DNA of 64,000 bases from the NCBI RefSeq assembly GCF_009914755.1, contig NC_060937.1; one strand, 5' to 3'. Both the position numbers and the translations under genes were made by a program. Source of the stretch: the human T2T-CHM13v2.0 reference genome, Homo sapiens. Position 1 is the stretch's first letter; each line of letters opens with the position of its first letter. The notes under the pieces were generated by a model. The model was not told the DNA's origin. It saw only the letters and a list, made by a program, of their open reading frames with translations, and did not search any database. Positions 1-13,460 of the stretch are shown piece after piece.

Positions 1-49
1 TTGTGTTTATTTCAGGGACAGACACAAGGGGAAGCAGCAGCCAGAGCAC

Positions 50-739
<690 letters not shown>

Positions 740-839
740 TAATAGAAAATAACCTTTTTGTTTGTTTGTTTGCTGGATGTTGCATAAGGCTGGAGACAGA
801 GAATCTCAACTGGACACACATGTTTGTGAGCCGCGGAAG

Positions 840-922
840 TTTTTCTTTTTTTCTTTTCTTTTCTTTTTCTTTCTTTCTTTCTTTCTTTCTTTCTTTTTCT
901 TTCTTTCTTTCTTTCTTTTTTT
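840..922. repeat. (TTTC)n / T-rich microsatellite
   Basis: Direct reading; interrupted TTTC arrays. Confidence 0.95.
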
Positions 923-2512
923 GCTCCCATCTGCTGTGAAAATCAAAATGTCAGAGACTGAACTAGCTTTCCTTAAGTGCAAAGGCTGCAATGGAATTAC
1001 AGTAGATTGTGTTTGATTAAATTTTCAAGTGAGGCAGCCCTTCAGACTCTGGGGGAGCTCAGGATCAGGCATTCCTGGCTGCATTTCCTGCCTTGATGTT
1101 TATTTGATTTGTTCAGGCTTTCTCTAAATATTTTGTGAAGTGTGATTTAATCAAAGGGGTGTGGCAGGGTTTCAGAGTACTTTGTAATTGTTTTTTTAGG
1201 GTATTGTCTGAAGAAAGAAAAGTATTTAATAGTCCAAAACCTAGGACATCCTTTTTGTATATAGAGGCATCTGCAGATTTATTTCATCTCTCCCTCTTCC
1301 ATGTGGATGATGTTCTGAATGCCATTTAATATTTGAATTTTTAAAAATCCTGATGTTTGCTATAGTCCAAATATTGTGCTTTTTTGAAACATAAACAAGT
1401 GAGGTTCTGACCCTAATTATTTATTAGGATAGCAGAATATGATGGCTCCTGAAGTTCCATTTCTGACCTACATAAGGATTTTAGCAATACGCTATTTCAA
1501 AAAGACAACCTCTAAGCTGCCGTGGATCTGGAATCAAATTAAAATGAGGCCTTCAGGTGATCAATGATGCCTTGTATTTTCCGAACTGTTTAAAAAGAAA
1601 GTCTTCTCTATTTCACTAACAGCCTTTGTACTTGCTTTGGATAAAAGATCAGCAGGTATTACTGATGCTTTATTGTTTTAAATAAAAAAATTTTTTCCCC
1701 GTGAAAATTTTAATATTGTATTATGTGCATACTGATTAACCTACCTGTGCTCAAAGAGCTAGTGATTAATTGTCTCCTACACAAATGACCTGTGGCCAAG
1801 ATTGTTCTTATATAAACAAAACCTGGGCAGGAGAACCTGTGCTGCAATTGCTTTGAGGAAAAGAGCTAAAGTACCTTCAGCCTTAAGGTATTCAGGGATG
1901 TGCATCTCTAAATGATATCCATAGAAACCATTTTTTCCAGGTCATTTTGCACCACTGTATACACTATGGGGCTTGTCTGAAGCTGTTTTTCTACAAGTGG
2001 GAAGCCATTTGGGAGTAATACTGTTGCCCAAACAGCATTCTTTACTTGTCATAGCTATAAATCATTTAACTTGGACTCATTATTTTTATAATACTTTACA
2101 CTCAAGGATGAATCTTCCTTTGTCTATCTGCTCTTTGATTAATGAAAAGAATTTGACATACAGTGTTCTTTATGGAGCAGTTTTCCAATAACTGAAAAAA
2201 CTCACTTTTGAGTTGACATCAGTACGTGGTTTTTAAACATATTTGATTATTCCAAGACCAGACTGTTTTCTTCCATCAATTTTTGTCATTGCATCATTAA
2301 ATAGAAAATTATGTTGTGACAATACTGAGGCCAATGGGATTTCTTTTAAAAATTTCTCTCCCCTTGTCTATTTTCAAATCACTCTAGATAAAGTATATAT
2401 TCTCTCCACCCTTCCTAAACTCCTCTCCCCACATACATACTTCAGGAAATGATTCAAAATGACTGTTCATTTCTACTTTGAGAATATCTGTGATACAATT
2501 TTGAATTCTTCC

Positions 2513-2600
2513 AATTCATTCAGCAAATATTTATTGAATACCTACTATGTGCCAGGCTGTGGGGCTACACAAGGTGAATAAGACACAGTCCCTGCCCACT
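2513..2600 (-). mobile_element. L2 3'-end fragment
   Basis: attcattcagcaaatatttattgaatacctactatgtgccaggc...aagacacagtccctgccc signature. Confidence 0.8.
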
Positions 2601-3799
2601 ATATTAATTTTTTTATTTCAGAGTAGTGAAGTTGGTGGCTTTCCAGCATTCTTTTGAGGGGGAGAATGTTTTTCAGTCCTTTCTTGAAAGAGGAAGAGGA
2701 AATATACTTTGTTTATCTTCTTTAAGCTTGTTACAACACTAACCTGCTTACAATCTAGCATAGTTCTCATTGCTAAGTTTTACATATTTTGAGCAGCAAA
2801 GAGAGAAAGGAATTTGTCTGTGTAGAAGGCAAAGTAGAAACAGAAGCCCTAAGGCTCAACATACTCAGTGTAACCTTGGCTGAGAGGATGCACCATGAGG
2901 CAAGCGGCTAATTGCACCTGCATGCACCTGCACGCGCATGCCTGGCCTCACAAGTTTGAGAGGTGAGGATGTCTGCCCACATACCTGAATGGAGACTCAG
3001 CCTCTTAATTATATGGTGGTGCTTATTTACAAAAGTGCAGTAATTAAAAAGCAATAAAACAAACTCTATAACTATGACTGGCTGTTTTGCAAGGTGTTAG
3101 AAGAAAGGTAATTCCATAAGCGTTTCCAGGTAAAGCTTTCCATATTTTTTTAAATGGCACATTGTGGGGAAAATGTAATTATATATATATTAGTCCCCTC
3201 CAAAGAATTCACAAGCCAATAAATAGATCAGTCGCTGGCTAGTGAGATGTACTAGCTTTCATTCGATGTTCATTTTGGTGTTCTCCTCTTTATCGGCACG
3301 TCTACTCTGTCATGCTGCCCTTTGATTTGAATGGAGGTGGGAATTAAAATGGCCTTGATGTCTGGAAATAAAATGTCCTATGTAGACCTGAATATGGAGG
3401 CTTTCCTGTCCCCTTGGATGTCTGTCCTGTTGCTCTTCCCTGCTCTTATCCAGCCTTTCCCCAGCTGTCTAGTGGTTCTCACAGCTGCGGCCCCTTGTTA
3501 ATCATGGCCACAGCCTCCACATGCCCTTCTCAGTTTAACCTGGAATGCTCCAGTGGTGTCCTCACAGTCAAAGGCTGCTCCCCAGCTCCCTTTTGCCTCT
3601 GAGTGTCAGTGGTAGCCACTCAGGACCCTCTTTGAGCTCCTCGTTCATCCTCTCTCATGTTTTTCTGCTCCAGCCAACCAAGCTTAATCTACTCACTCTC
3701 CTCTGTATTTAACTAACATGCTCCCAAATTCATGCCTGTACACCCATCAGTCTCCTAATAAGGCCTCGCTTACCTAGAATGTAAAAATGGCAGGGCCAA

Positions 3800-3990
3800 A
3801 TGGGCTTCAGATCTCTTGCTCCTGCACTTGCATGGCTTCGGACAGTTAAGTAATCACTCTCAGTTTCCTCATCTGTAAAATGTACGCAAAAATAATGGGT
3901 ACCTCATAGGAGTAAATGAGGTATTAAGATGTAAAGCACTTAGCACAATACCTAGCACATTGTAAATGCCCAATAAGCATTAAAATAATA
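3800..3990 (+). mobile_element. MIR
   Basis: Core ctcagtttcctcatctgtaaaatg...acctcatagg...gtaaagcacttagcaca. Confidence 0.85.
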
Positions 3991-5895
3991 TTCATGTATT
4001 CTAATGCCCTCCTCCCTTCTAAATCCACTTCAAATCGGATGTAGACCATGTCTTCCCTTAGCCTTGGCATCCAAAGTGGGTTATTTTATGAGTAATCAAC
4101 ACTTGCTACACTCTAGAGAAGAGAACTACATAAATAAATGTCAAAATTAGTTGGTTATTTTGGGCTGGTTTTTTTTCTCCCAGATTTACATTTTTAACTT
4201 TACCCCTTGACTACTTTAACTTTCTACCTCACTTACTATTAAAATATCCCACTTACCCTAAGTGCATACTTTCTAGCAGCTTGGGAGTTGGTCTGGGAAT
4301 TTTCTTAGTGGCAGAAAGTCACTTTGGCCTCTTAGGTTTGCTAGAGAACAAGTTTAAAGTGGATAGTTCAAGCTATTTTCCAGGAGAGAAGGGCTTGCTG
4401 TATACCATTTCACAGAGCTGGTGTGTGAGCCCCCACACTAATCTGAAAGCTCTAAAGGGCGTCCTTGTGTCTCTGTCCACCCCAGGATGCCTGATGAACA
4501 CACAGGGCCCAATGAATGAAGGTACATTCAGAATCTGTTCAACACCTTGCTCTTTCCAGGGCAGTGTGAATCCTTCCTATAACATATGGCAAATCTTGCT
4601 ACACCATCGAGGGAAACTTTTGAATGCCCATTAACTCTTTCGCATATTTAGAATTTCATTGACAAATGAACTGCTCTGGGGAACTGAACAATCTCTTTGC
4701 AGTAGGAAGGTGTTGGTGTGCATTGTGAAATGTCTAATGTTGCTGTAGAAAAATCTTGCATCACTTAGGAGCATCAGATTCAGCATTTTTCAGGTATGTT
4801 GTAGTGAGTTAAGTTGTAGTGATAAGCCCAGGATCTGTTCAACCTAGAAATACTGGTTAGTATGAGGTCAGCTCTGGGGCCAAAGAGAAAAGTCATGTGC
4901 AAGTGAGGTTAGAAAACATCTCAGATTCTCTGCAGAGCAGTGTTTATTGATGCCTGTTTATGTTGCAAGTGTACCTGAAGGACACTATGAGAAAAGCTTA
5001 AGAAAATCTCAAAATTAATTTCAGTTTTAACCTCTGTATAGACTTGGTTGAAAGAAGTGGAAAACTAAGAAGGTTAACTGAGTTGCCTAAATCCAGCAAA
5101 GGGGTACAGATCAAGTGCAAGCATATTTAATTGGGTTCTTTAAATAGAGGAAGTACCCAGCACTGCTCCAGGCAATTAGAAGGAGACTTACTCCAGTGTC
5201 CCATCCACACCCTCTCTAAGGCCACGGGGTCACTTCTGCTAACGTAGTTTACAGCTCTAAGGAAAAATAAAACCCCAAATCAACATCCATGTTCTCAAAA
5301 TAGAAAGGATCTATCCCTGGGCTTATGATTAAGACAAATCAGAGGGTTTTTTTTTTCCCATTCAAATGCATGAACAGTTCTTGAATAACAATAACTGCCA
5401 CTCTGTATAAAATACTATGCTCCATGATTTATATAGAGGGCAACCACAAAATTGTTTTTCCCAACTGTGACACTTTGGAGAGTGAAAGTTAATAATTATG
5501 CTGAGACACTGGGTGCAAACCGGGACTGCCCTCAGCAAAGGACGCCATATGACCACTCTGTTTATTATCTTCACTCTTTCCAATAACCCTGTGAGTTTAA
5601 GTGTCATGCACATTTTCGATGAAAAAAAAAAAAAATCAGGACTTGAGATAGAGATTTGCTCAAAGCCAGGATGGTAGTAAGCTCCATAAACCCCTCCCCC
5701 AGTCCAGGTGATAATTGCATTGTTTGTTTTAATCACTCAAAGGACCAAAGGATAAAGAACACTGTGAGGAACTTAGTGCTTTATAGGTACTTTCATTTTT
5801 AGTTTTGTTGGCTGATGTCCCTGCCAGTTCTTAGCCTTCTTCACCCTCTCTCCTTCCCTCCCTGCTCTTTGTCTCTCTGTTTCTCTCTCTCTCTG

Positions 5896-5899
<4 letters not shown>

Positions 5900-5937
<38 letters not shown>
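5900..5937. repeat. (AC)19 microsatellite preceded by (CT)n
   Basis: Direct reading. Confidence 0.97.
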
Positions 5938-5941
<4 letters not shown>

Positions 5942-8900
5942 TGGAGAGCACCATCCCCTCAGCATAGGCCTATTTGAAAGACCTTAAGTGTTCACAAGTC
6001 TTTTCCGTCTATTGCAAACAATACATAGACAGTTCTGTGCCCTATGATCATTTGATTAAATGTATATAGACATTCACAAAATAGGATTATAGTAATAAGG
6101 CACATTTCTTCTGTTAGGAGTATTTTATGTGTATTTTCCCTAGTTTCAAAAGTAAATAAAAAAGCATGAATGATGTTTACTTTAGAATGGTAGTTTGCTT
6201 GCCTTGCTGAGCGTTCTCTGATATATTGTTTTTCTGTTTAGGAAACAGTAGCAAATTCACTAATTGTCTTTAGCAGTGAGATCAGGGAGAATATTTCCAG
6301 GGATAATGGAAATCTATCTATAATTCAGGTATCTCATTTACTTGATAGCTCTGGCCTGCTCCATCATAAAATCATGTACAGGACTGGCAGCACCAAGATA
6401 AATTTTGACTTACTTGCCTGCTCTTGAATGCTGCTTGATGAAGTCCCAACAAGAATTGAAAGAGAAAGGCAAACAGCAGTAGGCAAGAAGAGATGACCCG
6501 GATAATTTTACAATCTGAGAACAGCTGAGACATTTGAGAAAGTTGCCAATATTTAGAGGTTTCAACTGATATAACATGCAAAGATTCTCCTATCCTACCC
6601 TAAACAGACAGCTGTTTCAAAACATTTTAATACCCATGACTCAGTAGTTTACTTTTGGGTACAGTTTAAGGAGTCAAATAGGTTACATATATCCTAATCA
6701 TCTTATTAGTAACTTCCATATTTCTGAGTCTTATGTGATATTAACACTGAACTGGTGTCAGATGTGAGTTTGGGCTAATGAGAAATGACATTTTACTATG
6801 TTAGGGGCTGTTCTGTAGACTAATAGACAAAGATATAAGCTTTTTATGCAGGTTCTGTTACTGGTACTAAACCTTACATTTATTTAGTGCTTTGTAGTTT
6901 GCTCAGCACCTTCAAACACATTACCTCATTTGACGAGTGAGATGCACTGAGTATTAATTAGCTAGTTTCTTCTTAAATGCTCCTGGTTTAGAATAAGACT
7001 TAATTCTTCCTAAGTTCAGTTTGTGTGGCATGAGATACCCACATGGCATCATGTAGGTATATTTTGAGAAGTTTCAGATCAGATTTAAATGAACAAATAA
7101 TAATCTTCGTCCATGGTATTTACCTTCATGTAGAACTTTTAAAAAATGCAATATAGCTTGGTATTTATCACTTAAGAAATACAGAGGTAAGTCTGTCCAA
7201 AAACATATGTATTACGATTTTCCGAATTTATTTGTACCCTAGAATTTCTCTTAGTCCTCTTTTTTAAACATTTAAACATTTATAATTTTTCTTAGTGCGG
7301 TGCCTTCTGGAAACCATCCACCATTTGCACACTACCCCAGTGCAGAAGATTTAGCAAGTAACCAGTTCCTGGAAACGCGAATGGCATTTGTGGAACAAGA
7401 TAAGACACAACTTAACCTCATTTTCTTTCATACTAATGTCTTTCATTTGATAGATGCCATTCATCATATTCCTTTTAACATTGCTCCATCACTGAACTGC
7501 CAGCTATGTGAATAAGAGAATGCTTTCTCTTTCTTTGAGCTGAAAAGGTTGCATCTTCTAGGCTTGGAGAAACAATGGGAATGGGCTTTTCCATAAGACC
7601 ATCTTTACTTACCTTTCAGTGCTGGATTATACTGCAAATCTTACTACCTAAGCATTAATTTTTCTTGGTTATTGCTCCAACATGCAACAGTGTCAGAGAA
7701 GCAAGGCAAGCACTATTTAATACCTGTTTACTGAGCATCAACTAAGCACAACACACACTTTGTTTTGGGAGCTTCATAAATGCATCCCACCTGGATCCTT
7801 CATCCAGGCTCTCAGAGCTTCCTTTCCTTCCTTGTTCGATTCAGAATTCAGTTACATTAATGCAGAAGTTTCCAGGACTTCAGGGATCCTAGGGAGAGGT
7901 ATCCAATGATGTTTCAGAGACAGAGTAGGCCCTAGAAAATTTTATTGTGGGAGAATGTGTTTGATAGATTCTGTTGACTTTAACTTTATGGATTTGTACT
8001 TTCACTACATCAGAGAACCATCAGAAGTACAGGCAATGGTCTGTAAGAACAATTTCAAATATTTCTTCTAGCAGATGGCTGAAGGAGAAGAGGAAATGTA
8101 AGCTATTTACCCTGGAACACTTGACCAGATTTCAGAATATGGGGCAGCAAGCATTTCAGACAGGCATTCCTTACATTAGAAAAATGTGAAGAGGAGTTGC
8201 CATGTTTATCAGAATTTTGCAATGGGACAAATTTAAAGCCAGTTGTCTTTCATCCTGAGTGGTTCTCTCACTCTTCAAAATACTTGGGTGATTACAGAGA
8301 AGGGCTATGTCTGTCTGTCTCTCTCTCTCTTTCTTTCTCTCTCTGTCTCTCTCCCACCTCCCCCCCATACGTGTGTGAGAGAGAAAATAAATTATATATT
8401 TCCGTAAGTTAAATTTAATGATCAGATATCTCACCTATATTCTTACACTTTTCTATTTTTCACAGAATATACAAGCACAGGCATTTAAATGTTAGTCACC
8501 CAAAACTCCAGATGCTAAGCAGTGAAAGTTTATATTCTGCCAGCATATCAGACTCTGTAATGAGTCTGATTTGGTTTAATTCCTTTCTACTGTTTAGTCA
8601 TTTGATGAGCTGCAGATGGAAATTTAAGCCAAAGCCATAACATTTCAGCTAATACTTTTTATGCTGCTGTAAGAATTTGTTGTCATGTCAATTTAAGAGA
8701 GTTGAAATCTTTTTTGAGAAGGCATTCAAATCTGCATTAAGTGCTTTTATCAACTCTAATTTGATATACAACTCTGACTGCTTCTGCTGTTCTTAATCAA
8801 TTGCAAAGTGCAAAGTAATTTAGCAGTGGAAGACAGCTTTGCAATTCCAGGATTTCTCAGCTAATGCCATAAGCACAACATTATGGAAATATACAATTAA

Positions 8901-10052
8901 ATTTACATTAAAAATTTTTCCTATGCTTAAGAAACACGAGGCCAACTTCTTTGAGTTTAGCCTTAAATAGGTAAATATGTATTTTGGCAGCCATGAAAAG
9001 AATAGGGTATTAGATTAACTAGGGCAATACTTTGGTAAAATTCCATTGGAATGTTATGTTTATGCAGGAGAGATTTGGCCAATCAATAAGATGGTTTATT
9101 TTGTAAGTCAAATCAATAAAATGTTTGAACTGTATAAATACAAGATTGGGTTTTTCTTCTCTGTTTTTCTGTTATTTTTCTGTGTGTGACCTTGGCTTTC
9201 TCATTCTCTCATTTTCTTATACGAAAGGAACAAACCTGACACTTGTCTGTCACTGATTAATGTGAAGGGTTTTGAATACTTCCACTGAAAAATGAGGTTT
9301 CGGTAAACATCATGATATTCATCAGTTATTTCTCCTGCACCATTAAAGCCAGACTGAAGGAGACTGAGTTGTACATTATTGAACTTGACTGATAACTGGT
9401 GGCTGGATCTCAAGCCTAACTTTCTAAGGTTGGTCAGCTTCTTGGACTGGCTTGCTTTTCAGTATTCTGAATAAGAAGAAGTTGTCACACTACACAGCCT
9501 ATCAGGTTCTTTCTGTTGTTACTTTTTGCAGTTAAATCACTGTATATCTAACTCAGTAAATCTGAACAGGATTGTCTCCAATATGAAGTGCCAGTATTCT
9601 TGGTCTGGACACAGGCATGTTTTTTTTTCTATAAAGTGAGATATGGTGTTTATGGAAATTGCTGGCATTCTGAAGGTTTTTAAATATATGATGGTACAGC
9701 TAAAGGATACTCTCCTACATTTCAGTAGATATCATGTTTCAGTTAACCCATGATGAAATACGAAAGGTCATAAGAATGCAAGAGGCTGTTAGAAAATCTG
9801 TCTGAAACATCTTTGGTTCACCTTTACTTAATGCCTACAGCTTAGGTAGAAAGCTCTGTGACAGCATTAAAGAATTTTAAAACGAAAAAGTTGCTCTAGG
9901 TGAACAGATTGCCTATGAACATAGCAGACTGTAACCAGTGAGTTTACAACTCGTGTTTACAAGTAAGAGCACCAATTAAAAGACAAATTGAAGTTTTTCT
10001 TTTTAAAAAAGTCTGCTTTTCAACTTTTAGTTTATGAACACTACATGTTTAA

Positions 10053-10440
<388 letters not shown>

Positions 10441-11026
10441 TAATGAGAAATTCAGCTTCCTTAGGGAGTTTTGAGGGTCACACACTGAGTGTTTTGTTTC
10501 ACTTTCCTCATGATTTGGTGGTGGCCCTGAGGCCTGTTGTCAGCTTCTCTTCCAGGTTGAGGGTGCAAGACAACCTGTCTCGCTTCTGTTTTACTTGATT
10601 GAATACAGCTGCGAGAGAATAGGAAAATCAGAGATGTTTTTGTGTCTTGCCTGCTGATTTTATGTTTCATTTATAAGAAACCGCCAGTGCTTATCATTAC
10701 AGGAAAGCTAATCCTAGTTCATGCCAATTGAGAGATCAATTTTTGAAGGTGTTTGAAAACCTGGCCCATTTTCATCTGGCAGAGTAAACTACTTTGTTCT
10801 CAACTAACAATTTAAAATGTTTGAACTTTAAGAAAGATCAAAATTATAAGTGAGAATGAAGATTCTAGCACATTTTAAATATCAAAAAATCCATTTTATC
10901 TTAGCTTCTTTTCCTTTATTTTGTTATCTGTTTTGTTAACCATGTCAATCCTTAGCACCACTTTCTAGAGGGGAAGAGGAGTGGACATTTAAATTATATT
11001 GTCTACCATTAGTCAACCACTTTATG

Positions 11027-11105
11027 AAAAGAAGAAAGGAAGAAGGGAGGAAGGGAGGGAAGGAGGGAAGAAAGGAAAAGAATCAGAGGGAGAAGAGAGA
11101 AAAAA
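11027..11105. repeat. GA-rich polypurine low-complexity tract
   Basis: gaaaagaagaaaggaagaagggaggaagggagg... Confidence 0.85.
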
Positions 11106-11326
11106 ATACAAATTGGAAATGATTACTGTAGGATTTTGAAATCAGTGACTTTCATTTCTAAATCCCTTGTTACTAATCAGAATTCAGTAACATGCTACTC
11201 ACAGGTTCAGTGTTATGGTTATTACATAGAACATATTTTTTCCATTTAGTAATTTGAAATGGGTGCCATTTTAGTATACTTTTGCTATAAATGATAGAAT
11301 AACCTCATAAGGGCTGAAAGAGTAAA

Positions 11327-11408
11327 GACTGTTAATTAGCTTGCCCAACCCACAGCCTGGAGATGGGACTGTTAATTAGCTTGCCCAACCCACAGCCTGG
11401 AGATGGGA
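11327..11408. repeat. Perfect 40-bp tandem duplication
   Basis: gactgttaattagcttgcccaacccacagcctggagatgg x2 (11327-11366, 11367-11406), then ga. Confidence 0.97.
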
Positions 11409-11820
11409 GGTTCCAGGTGGGCTTAGAAGCTCAAAGACCTAGACCATCCAATCTCTGGACTGGTCACACTACATGATCACAGGATGGCCACCTCAGTTCC
11501 AAATATCTTTGCTTCACTTAAGTCAGGAAGGAAGGAGGCCCAGGTTAGGGCTTTCTTGTAACAAGAAGATTATTTTGATAAAGGTCTCAGCAAACTTCCT
11601 CTTGCTTCTCTCTGATAGGAACTGGGTCATATGCCTACCCTTAGACCAGTCACTGGCAAAGTTGAATGGAATAGCCAAATTGACTTAGATGAATCGTGGT
11701 TCAGGCCCTGGCACTGGGCTGGGTACACCTTTTGTGAGACAAGGGACTTATACCTGCCACCTGAACAAAACAGAGATTCTTGTACCAAGGAAGAATGATA
11801 GGCAACTAATAGTGCCAATA
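11400..11820. mobile_element. Old MaLR/ERVL LTR (MLT1-like) fragment
   Basis: Motifs ggaactgggtcatatgcctaccct...accagtcactggcaa and cctgaacaaaa...gattct resemble MLT1J/K-type LTRs. Confidence 0.55.
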
Positions 11821-11839
11821 AGTAAAAACTACAATGGTA

Positions 11840-12193
11840 TGTATTAGTCTGTTTTCACACTGCTGATAAAGACAAACCCTAGACTGGGCAATTTACAAAA
11901 GAAAGAGGTTTATTGGACTTACGTTTCCATGTAGCTGGGGAGGCCTCACAATCATGGAGGAAGGTGAAAGGCACACCTCACATGGCAGCGGCAAGAGAGA
12001 GAATGAGAGCCAAGTGAAATGGGTTATCAAACCATCGGATCTTGTGAAATGTATTCACTACCACGAGAACAGTATGGGAGAAATTGCCCCCATGATTCAC
12101 TTATCTCCCACCAGGTCCCTCCCACAACATGTGGGAATTATGGGAGTACAATTCAAGATGAGATTTGGGTGGGGACACAGCCAAACCATATCA
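11840..12193 (-). mobile_element. THE1 (THE1B/C-like) solo LTR
   Basis: Termini TGTATTAGTC...GGGGACACAGCCAAACCATATCA, 354 bp, 5-bp TSD TGGTA/CGGTA. Confidence 0.95.
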
Positions 12194-12254
12194 CGGTAGA
12201 TGACTATTATTAGAAACTCAACATCTGTTGTTGTATAGCATTGCATTAAGGGCA

Positions 12255-12440
12255 ATAATAATAGCTGATCTTTATAAGCACTTATGAAGTGTCAAGAGCC
12301 GCATGAAGTGCTGTATATGTATCATTTCCTCTGGTCTTTACCATGACACTGTTTTACACATGTGGAAAGATGAAGGAACCATTTGTAAGTGATGGAGCTA
12401 GGATTCCAACCTAGACTCTAGGATAAACACTATATTATGT
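12255..12440 (-). mobile_element. MIR (diverged)
   Basis: aataataatagctgatctttataagcactta...ttttacacatgtggaaa...ggagctaggattccaacc. Confidence 0.6.
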
Positions 12441-12776
12441 GGCCTCTCATCGTCATTGGCAAGATAAAGATATTGGCTACCAGCAGGTGAAATTGATGAA
12501 CCTCTAGTGGGAGTAGAGTTATATTGATGTGTACTTCCTAGCAAGTTACCACAGAGATATTTGTCAAAAAGCAGCGGCAAAGTCTTGAAAGTAGCCCCCA
12601 CCAAAAAATTCTGTATTGCTTTGCCTTCAGTTTCAAAAAAGGAACACTTCCTCATGTTTTCTTCATTATACTCACTCAAAAAGAAATGGAGTCTTTCTAT
12701 TGCTTTAAAAAAGAAAGCAAATTATAAGAAAGAATATTTTTAGATCAATCACTTGAGCCCCTTAAGATTATACCCA

Positions 12777-12950
12777 GGCCAGGCACAGTGGCTCACACCT
12801 GTAATCCTAGTTCTTCAGGAGCCTGAAATGGGAGGAGAAGTGCTTGAGGCCAGGAGTTTGAGACCAGCCTGGTCAACACAGTGAAACCCCATCTCTTTTG
12901 TTTTTAAATAAATTTTAATTTTAAAATAAGACCAAAAAAAGAAAAAAAAG
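12777..12950 (+). mobile_element. Alu monomer (FLAM-like)
   Basis: ggccaggcacagtggctcacacctgtaatcc...gaggccaggagtttgagaccagcctgg, single arm with AT-rich tail. Confidence 0.85.
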
Positions 12951-13254
12951 GAATATGTAGGTCTATTGAATTATGCTGTTAGGTTAAAATTAACAAGTTC
13001 AATATTTATTTGTTTAATGCTATCCAACAATAGTAGATGAAATGCCCTTAATATTTCCCTTAGATACCAAAAGAAAAAAATGTTTTTCTGTTTTCAGATA
13101 TTTCCATTTCATGTGGAAATAACAGTATTTTCCAGTAAGGTTTATATTTTAATCTTATTGTTCAGATTTAGCTATTAATTTGAAAGGGCTTTATCACTGA
13201 CTCACTTTCCCTATTTACAGCCTCCCTAAGCTAGGTATCGCAATGGTTAAATAA

Positions 13255-13460
13255 GAATAGCTAGCATTCATGAAGGACTGCCATGTTTCAGCCACAGTGC
13301 TAAGCACTCTCTCATTTAAACTTCCTTACATCCTATTGAGGCAAATACCATTTTGTAGAATAAAAACCAAATGCTAATAAAGAAATAAGAGACATTCACA
13401 ATCAGTAAGTGATGGTGCCCAGATTCCAATCTGCTTCTGTCTCTAGAGCCTCTCTTCTTG
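13255..13460 (-). mobile_element. MIR (diverged)
   Basis: aatagctagcattcat...cacagtgctaagcact...atctgcttctgtctctagagcc. Confidence 0.6.

Noticed and set aside
7181-7192. Consensus donor GAG|GTAAGT in intron 1
   Set aside because: I could not pair it with a convincing acceptor or ATG-initiated frame. Such motifs occur by chance in long introns.
11327-11408. Direct repeat as a CRISPR-like array
   Set aside because: Only two adjacent copies, no spacers, and a mammalian intronic context.
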